Assembly (NCBI GenBank): GCA_951406725.2
Contig: OX597840.1
Span: 29,078,001 to 29,142,000 of the forward strand
Reading direction: 5' to 3'
Length of the DNA stretch: 64,000 bases
Origin: Octopus vulgaris
Taxonomy: Eukaryota
Below the pieces are notes generated by a model. That model saw nothing but the letters and a program-made list of their open reading frames with translations. It was not told the DNA's origin and ran no database searches. Positions 12,288 to 25,300 of this stretch are shown in pieces. The translations under genes were made by a program, and so were the position numbers. Position 1 is the first letter of the stretch. Every line of letters starts with the position of its first letter.

Positions 12288-12514
12288 TACTCTTTTAGTC
12301 TTTTACTCTTTTACTTGTTTCAGTCATTTGACTGTGGCCATGCTGGAGTACCACCTTTAGTCAAGCAAATCGACCTCAGGACTTATTCTTTGTAAGCCTA
12401 GTACTTATTCTATCAGTCTCTTTTGCCGAACTGTTAAATTACGGGGGACATAAACACACCAGCATTGCTTGTCAAGTGATGTTGGGGGGAAACAAATACA
12501 GACACACAAACATA

Positions 12515-12556
<42 letters not shown>

Positions 12557-12728
12557 CATATATACGATGGGCTTCTTTCAGTTTCCGTCTCCCAAATCCA
12601 CCTACAAAGCTTTGGTCGGCCCAAGGCTACAATAGAAGACACTTGCCCAAGTTGCCACGCAGTGGGACTGAACCCTGAACCATGCGGTTGGTAAGCAAGC
12701 TACTTACCACACAGCCACTCCTACACCT
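12288..12728 (-). mobile_element. tRNA-derived SINE, family A (AGGCGCAGGAGTGGCTGTGTGG head, (AAAAGAGT)n tail)
   Basis: Matches copies at 17255, 43406 and 60367; B-box-like GGTTCAGTCCC; internal (TA)(TG) tract. Confidence 0.9.
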
Positions 12729-12914
12729 CTTCAGTCAACTAAAAGTATCTGTGGCCTGATGAGTAGCTAATGGAATACACCCGCATTAAGTAATTGTTAT
12801 TCCCATGGTTCTGCTGGCTTGGAAACATATGTAGACTGGATTTTACCTGCTCCATTCCCTCAATAGGCATATATCTATACTGAAGAAGACCCAGCCACCA
12901 CAATGGAATGGGTA

Positions 12915-13135
12915 CTAGTGCTGGTGTATGTTAAAAACACTGATGCATAAAAAGCACTCAGTACATTCGGTGGGGTTGTCAGCATTTGGAAGGGCATGAA
13001 GCCATAGAAACCAAGTCAGGACGGACAACAATGGAGCCTGGTGCAGCCTTGGATCTTGCCAGCTCCAGTTGAACCTTCCAACACATGCCAGCATGGAAAA
13101 CAGACGTTAAATGATGATGATGATTATGATGATAA
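12915..13135 (+). mobile_element. Diverged RTE 3' UTR copy
   Basis: GGAAGGGCAT...CATGCCAGCATGGAAAACAGACGTTAAATGATGATG. Confidence 0.75.
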
Positions 13136-13204
13136 TGGTATATATATGTGTGTGTGTATGTATAAACATATATATACATGCATGCACATAGACATTATTT
13201 TACT

Positions 13205-13457
13205 TTTTCCTCTTCCTCATCATCATCATCATCATCTCCTTCTTCTTCTTCCTCCTCCTCCTCCTTCTTCTTCTTCTTCTTCTTCTTCTTCTTCTTCTTC
13301 TTCTTCTCCTCCTCCTCCTTCTTCTCCTCCTCCTCCTCCTCCTCCTTCTTCTTCTTCTTCTTCTTTTTTTCTTCTCATTCTTCTCATTCTTCTTCTACTT
13401 CTTCTTCTTCTAATTCGTCTTCTTCTTCCTCTTCTTCTTCTTCATTTTCTTCTTTTT

Positions 13458-13512
<55 letters not shown>

Positions 13513-13685
13513 CACTACCACCACTACCAATTGCTCGCTGCTGCAGCTTTTCTGAATTTCCTTTCTAATATTTAATTTTCATTTTTATTATAGCAACATT
13601 CCCACCACCACCACCACCACCACCACCACCACCAACTCCCCCCACACACACACACTCACCACCGCCACCACCGCCGCCGCCGCCT
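13205..13685. repeat. Compound trinucleotide microsatellites (CAT, CTT, CCT, CTA, CCA)
   Basis: Directly visible. Confidence 0.95.
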
Positions 13686-13999
13686 CCAACTTCCAAAACT
13701 TTACAACATCTATTGTTCACATTTGCATAAATTCTTTTGATTTTTTACCATTCATTAAAATTCCATTCTCTTATCATTAAGGAACTCCCTTACAGTATTT
13801 CGCCTGCTGCCTACGTCGAGGAACCGCCAGCCCAAGAACCGGTGCGATTATGCTTAACCATTGCCAAACCTCTTGTAGACTTTGAAATTTCTTCATCTCT
13901 AATTGCATTTGTTCGTATTGAATAAATGCCATTGTTATTAAAATGTAGTTCCTATTCAATCGTGTTTGAGTTTCTTAGAATTTTGAAGATTTATTTTAG

Positions 14000-14528
14000 A
14001 ATATATATATATATATGTAGAAATGTTTATGTATATATATATATATATATTTATCCTATATATATATCCATATATATATATATATATATATATATGTAGA
14101 AATGTATATGTATATATATATATATATTTATCCTATATATATATCCATATATATAATAATAATAATGTATGTTTTTGTGTGTATGCATGCATGTCGATAT
14201 GTATGCTTGTGTCTGCATGTATGTGTGTGTACATGTGCATATGTGTATCTATCTATCTATCTCTCTCTATATATATACATGTATATGCACACATAGTTCA
14301 ATATATACATGCACACACATATACATATATATATACATATATATATAAATCTATCTATCTATATACATATGTATATATGAACACTATATATAGATAGAAA
14401 GATGGATGGATAGATAGATAGATAGATAGATATATAGAGAGATAGATACATAGATAGATATAAATATATATGTATATGCATGTATGTATATATTTATAAA
14501 TATAAATATATATATATGTATATGTATG

Positions 14529-14566
<38 letters not shown>

Positions 14567-14870
14567 CACATATATATATATATAGATATATAGATATAAA
14601 TATATATGTATACATATATATATTTATATATTTATATATAAATCGGACGTTAAAAGAGATCTGAAAGCGGATATGATGATGATGATGATGATGATGATGA
14701 CATATACACACATATATATTTATATATAACATCGGACTTTAAATGATGATGATGTATACACACAACCACACATTCCTGCAGACACATGACTGCACATGCG
14801 CGTGCACACACACACACACATGCATCTGTGTGTGTGTGTGTGTGAGTGTGTATGAAATATATGTACGTAT
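14000..14870. repeat. (TA)n/(TG)n/(GATA)n low-complexity region
   Basis: Directly visible. Confidence 0.9.
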
Positions 14871-15079
14871 TCAAATTAAATATAATTATTGATATTTAAA
14901 TCTAAATCTTTCCATTCCAGCCTGCCACCCATTCCATATTAATCCATTCAGCAAAGTCTTTTTCAAGAATTCCGTTGATCTTCGAGACATTTACCATTTT
15001 GTGCCAGGCATAATATTCTCTTTCATAATAAAAGTTTAGCTCTTTTACATTCTGCATTTTGTTTCTGCTTTTGTCTTCT

Positions 15080-15154
15080 GTATCGTCATCATCATCATCA
15101 TTATCTTCATCTTCATCCTCCTCCTCCTCCCCATCATCATCATCATCTTCATCC

Positions 15155-15204
<50 letters not shown>

Positions 15205-15445
15205 TTCATCATCATCATCCTCATCATCATTATCTTCATCCTCATCAACATCATCTTCATCCTCCTCATCATCATCTTCATCATCATCTTCATCATCATC
15301 ATCATCATCAACTTCATCATCATCATCATCTTCATCATCATCATCATCATCATCTTCATCATCATCATCATCTTCATCATCATCATCTTCATCTTCCTCC
15401 TCCTCCTCCTCCTCCTCATCATCATCATCTTTATCATCATCATCA
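15080..15445. repeat. (CAT)n microsatellite with CTT/CCT interruptions
   Basis: Directly visible. Confidence 0.95.
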
Positions 15446-15549
15446 GCTTTTCTGCTGTCTATCACAAAGAAACACTCACAGACAGATGCACTCACACACA
15501 CACACACACACATACACACACGCACATACATATATATATATTATATATT

Positions 15550-15765
15550 CAAAATGTGACCTCGTGTGTTCCGTAGGCGATTTTTTTCCTCTGTCTTCCC
15601 TTCTTTGGATCTTTCCTTTTCCTATGTTTCTGACGAAGAGCTCCGCTCGAAACGTAAAACCCTCCTTCTTTCCTTCTTTCCTGAGCGTCCAATAATGCTA
15701 TATTTGTTCCACGTCCTCGCGTTGTTGTGTTTTCTCTTTGTGTTTTCATGTTTGGATTAACTTTA
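15550..15765 (+). mobile_element. Short Penelope-like (pLTR-type) element in a (TA)n tract, carrying a hammerhead
   Basis: Near-identical copy at 41473-41685; contains the hammerhead at 15626-15660. Confidence 0.7.
15626..15660 (+). ncRNA. Minimal type-I hammerhead ribozyme, intact core
   Basis: GTTT-CTGACGA-A-GAGC-tcc-GCTC-GAA-ACGT-A-AAAC: canonical CUGANGA/GAAA, palindromic stem III (ACGT), GUA cleavage triplet. Confidence 0.8.
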
Positions 15766-16217
15766 TATATATATGTATATATATATATATATTATATATA
15801 TATATATATATACATACATACCTATGTCTACTATACACCATTTTAAGCTTGTGATTACCTGTGTGTACGTTTGTGTGTGTGTTTCAGTGTGTGTGTATGT
15901 ACATGTGTGTGACGTCCTACAACTGCTTGTCACTCTGCTTTTGCAGGGTTTTCCTTCTTGCTGTCACATATTGTGAAATTTTAAAATTACATAAAATTTG
16001 GTATATTGAAATAATCCTCCATGTTAAATCCGATTTTGTTATTTATCTGTCCCAGAAAAATTGCAGTTCAATCAATTTTACCTTATCAGAAAACAGGATT
16101 TGGGAGCTGACATTTTCTGCATGATTGCTGTCTATCACAAAATGAAAGCAAAATAATTACGATGAGTAATTACAATGCAAAGCATTACAACAACCAAAGC
16201 TGTAAGAACTTCTGAAA

Positions 16218-16428
16218 TTTTGTTTTTGGATTTGGTTTGCAAGATTCTTTATATGAGTTCGTGTGTTGAAGCATATTTTGTTGTGTCTGGAGAGAGCCAT
16301 TTTCTTTTTGTGCCTTATGTTATAACACACTCACTGGTAAAATAAGAAAAAAGTGGAAATTTTACCGGTGAGTGTGTTATATTATAAGGCACAAAAAGAA
16401 AATGACTCTCCCCAGACACAACAGAATT
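16218..16428. repeat. Fold-back repeat element with ~65-bp inverted arms
   Basis: 16275-16343 is inverted to 16360-16428. An inverted homolog lies at 59765-59980. Confidence 0.85.
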
Positions 16429-16826
16429 CTGAAATTTTAATAAGTTTTAATGAATCAAGTCATGTGAAACAGTCGAGTAAACATGTAAATAATTAAAAAG
16501 GCAAAAAATCCTCAACAAAGTTTTTGTAGAAAATTGGACAAATCTGTCCTGATCAAGAGGCCTGTCTGTTGGAGAAAGTATGGTCTGACATGGAATAAAC
16601 AGAAATTTATATAAGACATTGTAAAAATTGCCCGGCAATGATGGGTTAATCAGCTAGTATATGTAAGCATAAATAGATGTAATATCCAAACTTTGTTATA
16701 GGAATGTCCTTTGTAGAGTTCCTACAGAGCACATACCCCACTTGCAGCTACCAGGCATCATCTAGGGTAGTGTACTTGCGTTGCTGGGTGCACATTGAGT
16801 GTATTCTAAATGATTAATATGGAAGT

Positions 16827-16827
<1 letters not shown>

Positions 16828-16858
<31 letters not shown>

Positions 16859-17122
16859 CATCATCGTTTAACGTCCGCTTTCCATGCTAGCATGGGTTGG
16901 ACGATTTTGACTGAGGGCTGGCGAACCAGATGGCTGCACCAGGCTCCAGTCTTGATCTGGCAGAGTTTCTACAGCTGGATGCCCTTCCTAACGCCAACAA
17001 CTCCGAGAGTGTAGTGGGTGCTTTTATGTGCCACCGGCACGAGGGCCAGTCAGGTGCTACTGGCAATGACCTCGCTTCGATCTTTTTACACATGCCACTG
17101 GCACAGGTGCCAGTAAGGCGAT
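16828..17122 (-). mobile_element. 5'-truncated RTE 3' UTR copy
   Basis: (CAT)n-CGTTTAACGTCCGCTTTCCATGCTAGCATGGGTTGGACG... Confidence 0.9.
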
Positions 17123-17123
17123 G

Positions 17124-17175
<52 letters not shown>

Positions 17176-17236
17176 TCATATAGATTTAAAGTATATATAT
17201 GTATATATATATGTGTGTGTGTATAAATCTATATAT

Positions 17237-17652
17237 AGGTACAGGAGTGGCTATAGGCGCAGGAGTGGCTGTGTGGTGAGTAGCTTGCTTACCAGCCACA
17301 TGGTTCTGGGTTCAGTCCCACTTCATGACATCTTGGGCAAGTGTCTTCTGCTATAGCCCCGGGCCGACCAATGCCCTGTGAGTGGATTTGGTAGACGGAA
17401 ACTGAAAGAAGCCTGTCGTATATATATATATGTATGTGTATGTGTTTGTGTGTCTGTGTTTGTCCCCCTAGCATCGCTTGACAACCGATGCTGGTGTGTT
17501 TACATCCCCGTCACTTAGCGGTTCGGCAAAAGAGACCGATAGAATAAGTACTGGGCTTACAAAGAATAAGTCCCGGGGTCGAGTTGCTCGACTAAAGGTG
17601 GTGCTCCAGCATGGCCACAGTCAAATGACTGAAACAAGTAAAAGAGTAAAAG
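17237..17652 (+). mobile_element. SINE family A with duplicated 5' head
   Basis: AGGTACAGGAGTGGCTAT then AGGCGCAGGAGTGGCTGTGTGG...GAAACAAGTAAAAGAGTAAAAG. Confidence 0.9.
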
Positions 17653-18044
17653 ATTATATATGTGTGTGTGTGTGTGTGTGTATATATTTCCATTATGTGT
17701 TCTTTCTATGGAACCTTCTTATTCTTACAGCAGATACGTTTTGGGGTCATATTCTAAATTTCTTTGCTCATACCCATTTTTTCGGTCAATACCACAATGT
17801 ACATTTTAGTACAGTATTTAATTCACTCTGTGTTTCATCTTGTACTACAATGATTATTTTGGATAACATTCATATAAAACACCTATAGAAAGCCGGAATC
17901 ACTTTGTCAATTCAACAATTGATCTGCAGACAACAGAATGGTAAAAGAAAGACTTCCTTACTGACAAAAACCTGATTATGTTAGAATGTGATATTTATCT
18001 TTCATTCTATAGAATAATTCCATTGAAGATATTCTACCATACAC

Positions 18045-18335
<291 letters not shown>

Positions 18336-18424
18336 GGAGGGAATATTATTCCTAACTTACAGGTAAAAAATTCATTTTAGATATACTAAATTAAATTTCA
18401 CAAAATATAATATATATATATATA

Positions 18425-18717
18425 TAAATTAGAAAAAAACACCTTCTATTAATTCAAAATGAACAATTAAATTACGCCATCTAGAAAATTACATATAATA
18501 GAAATATTAAAATCAAAATAACAATAATATACCAATGATTAAGTAAATTGCTAAATAATAATAAAAGACATCAAATATATTCGTTTTTATTATTATTTTG
18601 CAATTTAATTAATCATCAGTATATTATTGTTATTTTAATTTTAATGTTTCTATTATGCGTTATTTTCTAGATGGTATAAATTAATTGTTCATTTTGAATT
18701 GATCAAAGGTGGCTTTT

Positions 18718-18722
<5 letters not shown>
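18425..18722. repeat. ~300-bp imperfect palindrome
   Basis: AATTCAAAATGAACAATTAA...CCATCTAGAAAAT is inverted to ATTTTCTAGATGG...TTAATTGTTCATTTTGAATT; centre about 18575. Confidence 0.9.
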
Positions 18723-18783
<61 letters not shown>

Positions 18784-18789
18784 GTATAA

Positions 18790-19452
18790 TATTTATAGGA
18801 TTAATCCCAAAATTGATTCAATATAGAAATAACGAACTTTAAAAAAAAATTATGTTGGCTCGATTTCCTCAATTTTAGCACGGCGTGTATCTATAGTGAT
18901 TGTATATTATAAATGTGGAAATTGACGATTTAAAGTCTGTTCTCAGCATATTGGCATTGAAATAATTTTTCCATTGCCCTTGTTTATAAATCGTTTATAA
19001 TTTTTTCTTTTTTCCTTTTACCCTCCTCTTTTTTCTTTTACCCAGAACCAGGAACTTTGCGGCATCCCCTGCTACTTAACTCTGATCTCCAACTGTCACA
19101 ATGATGCAAAATTCTCCAAATGCAATACTCTGCGATATAAATTTGAGATGGTGGGATACCAATAGATACTTTATTATTATTTCCCTCTTCAGTTTTGAAC
19201 CTGAGGCATAATAAGCCCTCTGCAGGAGCTAGCTCAAAAAGCCTGCACTTTTACCCCCTTCCTCTGTGTCATCATCTCATTAATATATACTGTTCTCATT
19301 TTCCCTATTTGTCCTTGATGATGAAATATCAGACTCTTGGGGGTATCCCAGAAACAGCTATAAGATTTTAAATTTTTTCTTATAATAATAATATTGTATA
19401 CGGCTTGAGATGGTTGCCTTGCCTTAATGTTTGCTGCCCTGTCTAACAGTTA
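18790..19452 (+). mobile_element. Decayed Penelope-like terminal region with degenerate hammerhead (19311-19366)
   Basis: CC-TTGATGA-TGAAATATC...GGTATCCCA-GAA-ACAGCTAT-A-AGA: hammerhead layout with substitutions. Confidence 0.5.
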
Positions 19453-19456
19453 TATA

Positions 19457-20035
19457 TCATCATCATCATCATCATCGTTTAACGTCCGTTTTCTATACTG
19501 GCATGGGTTGGACGGTTTGATTGAGGTCTGGGGAGCCAGTGGCTGACCCAGGCTCCAGTCTGATCTGGCAGAGTTTCTACAGCTGGATGCCCTTCCTAAT
19601 GCCAACCACTCCGTGAGTGTAGTGGGTGCTTTTTACATGTCACCAGCAAAGGAGTGAGTCAGGCGGGCCTGGCATTGATCCCATGCAGGTGGTGCTTTTT
19701 ATGTGCCACTGGCACAAGAGCCAGTTAGGGGATACTGGCATTGGCCACAATCAGTTGATGCTTTTTACATGCTACCAGCATGGGTGCCAGTCAGGCAGAC
19801 CTGGCATCAACCATGTTTGGATGGTATTTTTTACATGCCACTGGCATGGGCGCCAGTCATGGGGCATTGGCCACAGCTACGATATTGGTTTTACTTGACT
19901 CAACAGGTCTTCTCAAGCATATCATATTGCCCGACACATCAGGGGCATTCTTAACAGGGTCAGACATATGTGACTGCGATCTCAGTTTACTTGTCGGGTC
20001 TTCTCAAATCACAGCATATCTCCAAAGGTCCCAGT
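19457..20035 (-). mobile_element. RTE 3' fragment (ORF end plus 3' UTR with four hairpin units)
   Basis: Ends in DLWRYAV-coding sequence; (GAT)n tail. Confidence 0.85.
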
Positions 20036-20065
20036 CTATATATATGTATATATATATATATATAT

Positions 20066-20539
20066 ATAATTATTAAAATTATAAATTAGGGTATCTACGA
20101 GATATCACCATGCTGAAAATAGCAGCCATGAACTGACTCTAAAACTGTGGTGATATTTTACCATATAGCACATGGAATTAGCGGGCATTTTGAACTAGTC
20201 TTGATGCATACGTGCATATATATGTATGTATACGTGCATATATATGTATGTATACATTCCTATATGTAAGTATTCGTATGTTGTATTTATATATATATGT
20301 ATTTATGTTTCTTTTCTGTGTGTATTCCACTGATGAGGCAAAGCATTCCTAAATGCAAAGTCAGAAATCCGGGATCTAGAATTATCCAGTAATTTTTTAC
20401 TAGTTTCATCTTGTCTCTTTGTCTTTTCTCCATGCTGCTATAGGAAAACTTAAGGTGGTATTAGAGTCGGTTTATGGCTGCTATTTTCAGCATGATGGTA
20501 TCTCATAGATACCCTAATCTATGATTTTCATAATTATTA
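20066..20539. mobile_element. Inverted-repeat cassette (~90-bp arms) enclosing a hammerhead (20324-20382, +); Penelope-like
   Basis: ATTAGGGTATCTACGAGATATCACCATGCTGAAAATAGCAGCCAT is inverted to ATGGCTGCTATTTTCAGCATGATGGTATCTCATAGATACCCTAAT. Core: ATTCCA-CTGATGA-GGC...GTC-A-GAA-ATCCGGGAT-C-TAGAAT. Confidence 0.7.
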
Positions 20540-20609
20540 CCTTTGAAGGTTATTTTTTCCATGCCGACCTCTTGATAAGTTTGTTATTTTATTTTAAATT
20601 AACAATCTT

Positions 20610-20657
<48 letters not shown>

Positions 20658-21384
20658 TATATATATATACATATATACACACACATATCTATATAAACAT
20701 ATATTGTGCTGGGGTATGTCAGGCAACATGATTGTAAGACAACAGGTAAACACTGTTAGAAGGAGAGGCTAGGAATATGAAGGAAGAAGATGAAATACTG
20801 CGACTGAATAACATAAGGGAAGTGAAGAAAAGTTAAAAGAAGTGAAAATCAAATAAGACAAGAAAAGGTGGAAAGTTGTTTAAAAAATTCTTTTTTTTTT
20901 TAAGATACCTTAGAAATCTCTTGAAGAAAAAATTGCTCAAAGAAAAAAAATTCTTTTAAAAGCTTAATAAACTTCAAAAAATTCAAAAAGTCCTTTGAAG
21001 AAGATGTTTCTAGAATAATTCACAAAATCTCAAAATTTTTCAAAGTATCTCAAAAAATTTATAAGTTTTAGAGTTTTAAAGTTTTAAAGTTTTAAAGTTT
21101 TTAGGTTGTAAAAGTTTCAAAAGTTTCAAATGTTGCAGAGGGTTTTAATTTTTCTTGTTTTTAAAAGTTCATAGAGGAAAGAGACAGGCCGTGAAATAAA
21201 TAGACAGATAGACTGACAGATAGACAGACAGAGAATTTTTGCTTACTCCGTATCTTTTTTCTACCACCAACCTCTTCATTAATGCCTGCCACAATGTTTG
21301 TCTTTGTAGCACTGTATGTACTGAGATACAAACGTGGCTCTTACTTCCAGTAGCCATAATGCATCCTTCTGACTTCCTAGTAGT

Positions 21385-21787
21385 GTCAAGCATGCCGGGC
21401 GAAATGCTTAGCGGTATTTCGTCTACCACTCCGTTCTGAGTTCAAATTCCACTGAGGTCGACTTTGCCATTCATCCTTTCGGAGTCGATTAAATAAGTAC
21501 CAGTTACGCACTGGGGTCGATATAATCGACTTAATCCGTTTGTCTGCCCTTGTTTGTCCCCTCTGTGTTTAGCCCCTTGTGGGTAGTAAAGAAATAGGTA
21601 TTTCGTCTACTGCTTCCTTCTGAGTTCAAATTCTGCTAAGGTCGACTTTGCAATTCATCCTTTCGGGGTCGATTAAATAAGTACCAGTTACGCACTAGAA
21701 TCGATATAATCGACTTAATCCATTTGTCTGCCCTTGTTTGTCCCCTCTATGTTTAGCCCCTTGTGGGTAGTAAAGAAATAGGTATTA
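21385..21787 (+). mobile_element. tRNA-derived SINE family C, head-to-tail dimer
   Basis: Two ~185-bp units GGTATTTCGTCT...GAGTTCAAATTC...CATCCTTTCGGGGTCGA...GTAAAGAAATA. Confidence 0.85.
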
Positions 21788-21789
21788 AG

Positions 21790-22098
21790 AGCATGTAAAA
21801 GACACCATTCGAACGGGATCGTTACCAGCATCACCTTACTGGCACCTGTGTCGGTGGAAACGATTTGAGTGAGGTCGTTGCCAGTGCCACCTGACAGGCC
21901 CCATGCCAGTGGCACGTAAAAGCACCCACTACACTCTCGGAGTGGTTGGCGTTAGGAAGGGCATGCAGCTGTAGAAACTCTACCAAATCAGATTGGAGTC
22001 TGGTGCAGCCATCTGGTTCACCAGCCCTCAGTCAAATCGTCCAACCCATGCCAGCATGGAAAGCGGACGTTAAACGGTGAGGATGATGATGATGATGA
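21790..22098 (+). mobile_element. 5'-truncated RTE 3' UTR copy
   Basis: GCCAGTGGCACGTAAAAGCACCCACTACACTC...GGAAAGCGGACGTTAAACG, (GAT)n. Confidence 0.9.
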
Positions 22099-22129
22099 TA
22101 TATATATATATATAAATAATATATAAATA

Positions 22130-22360
22130 TTACTCTTTTACTCTTTTACTTGTTTCAGTCATTTGACTGCGGCCATACTGGAGCACCGCCTCTAGTCGAG
22201 CAAATCGACCCTGGGACTTATTCTTTGTAAGCCCAGTACTTATTCTATCGGTCTTTTTTGCCGAACCACTAAGTGACGGGGGCTTAAACACAACACCATC
22301 GGTTGTCAAGCAATACTAGGGGGACAAACACAGACACACAAACACACACACACACATACA
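22130..22360 (-). mobile_element. 3' half of SINE family A, ending where the full-length RTE begins
   Basis: Tail TACTCTTTTACTCTTTTACTTG; stops in its internal (CA)n tract. Confidence 0.85.
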
Positions 22361-25300
22361 TGATTTTCAAACCTATTTATCTGATGTTTATTTATCGACA
22401 ATGCCGTCCCCAGTCAAATTCCCTCACACCGCTTATTGTCACGTGTCCCTTGACCTCTCTCTAACTAACCCTATCTCTCTCTCTATGTCCCCCCTTCCCA
22501 TAACCATCATCGCCATGGTTCTCTATGCCCCCCCCCTCCCAAAACCATCTTCACCATATATAAAAGAGCGATCGCATTTATCGTTAACCCCACTCGCTTC
22601 AAAATATCTAAAGAATACGCACAGATCATGAATGGCTAAAAGTTAAGTGAATCGTCCAACCTCGCTACGCCTACCTTCTTTCTTGCACTTATTCTTATTC
22701 TTTCTCTATTCTTTAATTTCCATCTCATTGTATTGTCCCTCATTCTTTCAGTATTCCCTCATTACCCTGTCTAGCTCAAACATTTTTTTTTTCGTTTAGA
22801 CTTGTCTACAGGTTCATAGCCACTCTGATTTTTCAATTTTTCGTTTAGTGTTGTCTCCCGATTCATACAAACCCATTTGCTAGCTCATACGATTAACAGA
22901 ACCTCTTTACTCAGATACGGTGCACCCGCCCTCCCACCGTAACACGCATGCCGGAAGTTCCTATTCTCTGCCATTCCGGGGTTGCTTCCCATGAAGACTG
23001 CAAATGCTCTCACCATCCCTACCCCTCCCTACCCCTAGTCTCGACCTATGTACGGTAATGTTCATACAGTGCAAAATATGAAAGGCTAGCGTTATGCAGG
23101 TTGTACTGAAGGCTACTTTACTACTTCATTTCTTGCACATGAATTCTGCCAAATGCGAGCTTTCTTTTCAGGTACACGAAGCTACTGTCCACCGTCCCAG
23201 GGTCTCTAGAGCCCATGCCTCCCACACCCTCAGGGTTGGCACCCTCAACGTTGGCACTCTGAAAGGTAGGTCTGGTGAGATAGTTGAGATGCTTGAACGG
23301 AGATGTGTGGATATATGTTGCATGCAAGAAATAAGGTGGAGAGGAGGATCAGCTAGGTTCCTCACAGGCAAGGAACGCAGGTACAAGATTTTCTGGGCAG
23401 GGAACACTGACGGGGTTGGTGGCGTGGGTATACTTATCGCTGAGAAATGGGTAGATAAAGTAATTGAGGTAATCAGAGTATGTGACAGAATACTTAAGAT
23501 TAGATTAGTGCTTCATCATAGTTTAGCAACCATTATATCAGCCTATGCTCCTCAGTCGGGGCTACCCGATGGACTGAAAGACCGATTCTATGACACTCTA
23601 CTGCAGACTACCTCGTTGACGAACGACAGAGACCTTATCTTTGTGGCTGGTGACTTCAATGGTCACGTTGGACGACATGCTGGGGGCTTCCATGGCGTAC
23701 ATGGAGGCTATGGCTATGGCTCCCGCAACGAGGAGGGAACCAGGCTGCTGGAGTTCTGCGATGCAAATAATCTTATGATTTGCAACACTAACTTCAGGAA
23801 ACCTACCAGCCACCTAGTCACTTACCAATCGGGCCAACATACCAGCCAAATTGACTACATCCTTACAAGGCAAAGGGAGAGATGGCTGCTTATAAATGCC
23901 AAAACCTTCCCAGGTGAAGAATGTACCCCACAACATAGACTGGTAGTTAGTGACTTTAGGATCAGGACTAGGAGGACAACCAGAAGACGACAAATATGGA
24001 GAAGAAGGATCTGGAAGCTTAAAGATCCTGCAAATGGACAGAGATTTAGGGACATATTACTTGAAGCCTCTGACGAAGTAGAAGGGGATAGAGCATCACA
24101 GGGGGTAGAAGACAGCTGGACGTTTCTAAGGGACAACCTGCTGAGAGCCACTGACCAGATCTGTGGCTGGTGCAAAGTCCCCTCTCGACCTAGAATAACG
24201 TGGTGGTGGAACAATATTGTAGACAGGGCTATTAGAGAAAAGAGACAGGCTTGGAAGGTCTGGAAAAATGGGGGTAGCAGGGGATTGTATCAGACTGCCA
24301 AAAGAGAAGCTAGGAGACAGGTTTATTTAGCCAGAGGGGAAGCAGATAAGAAAAAATTTGCCAATGTTCTGCGCCGTGAGGACCAAAGACTGGAGGTGTT
24401 TCGTGTTGCAAGACAGTGTGTGAGAGAGAATCGTGATGTGGTAGGAGAGAAGTGTGTTCGCATGGAAGATGGTTCACTTGCGCTAAATGAGGATGCAAAG
24501 AGAGAGGTTTGGAGATGCCACTATGAAAGGTTGCTGAATGAAGAAAATGAATGGGATAAAGAGAGTCTGCCGAATGTTGACCCAACAGAGGGACCAGCTA
24601 TCCGAGTTGATAGTTCCGTGGTAGCTAAGGCAATTAGAAGCATGAAGACAGGGAAAGCCCCAGGCCCATCAGGAATCACTGCAGAGATGCTCAAAATGTC
24701 TGGTAGTGTCGGCTATAGCCTAGTCACCCGTATAGTTAATCAGGTGATACACAAAGGGGTCATACCCAATGACTGGTGTAGCAGTATAATAGTCAACTGC
24801 TACAAAGGTAAAGGTGATGCCCTAGATACAAATAACTACAGAGGTATCAAGCTGTTGGACCAGGTGATGAAGGTTACGGAGAGGGTCATAGCCCAACTAA
24901 TTAGAGAGAGAGTTAGTTTAGATGAGATGCAGTTTGGGTTTGTGCCAGGGAAAAGTACTACTGATGCTATATTCCTGGTAAGGCAGCTGCAGGAGAAATA
25001 CCTAGCCAAAGATAAGCCCCTGTACCTGGCTTTTGTTGACATGGAGAAAGCCTTCGACAGGGTCCCCCGATCCCTTATCTGGTGGGCAATGAGGAAACTA
25101 GGGATAGATGAATGGTTAGTGAGAGCTGTGCGGGCCATGTATAGGGACGCCGCTAGTAGGGTGAGGGTTGGAAATGTGTACAGTGAAGAATTCCGGGTAG
25201 AGGTAGGAGTCCACCAAGGCTCAGTACTCAGCCCCCTCCTATTTATCATAGTCCTCCAGGCAATAACGGAGGAATTCAAGACAGGATGCCCTTGGGAGCT

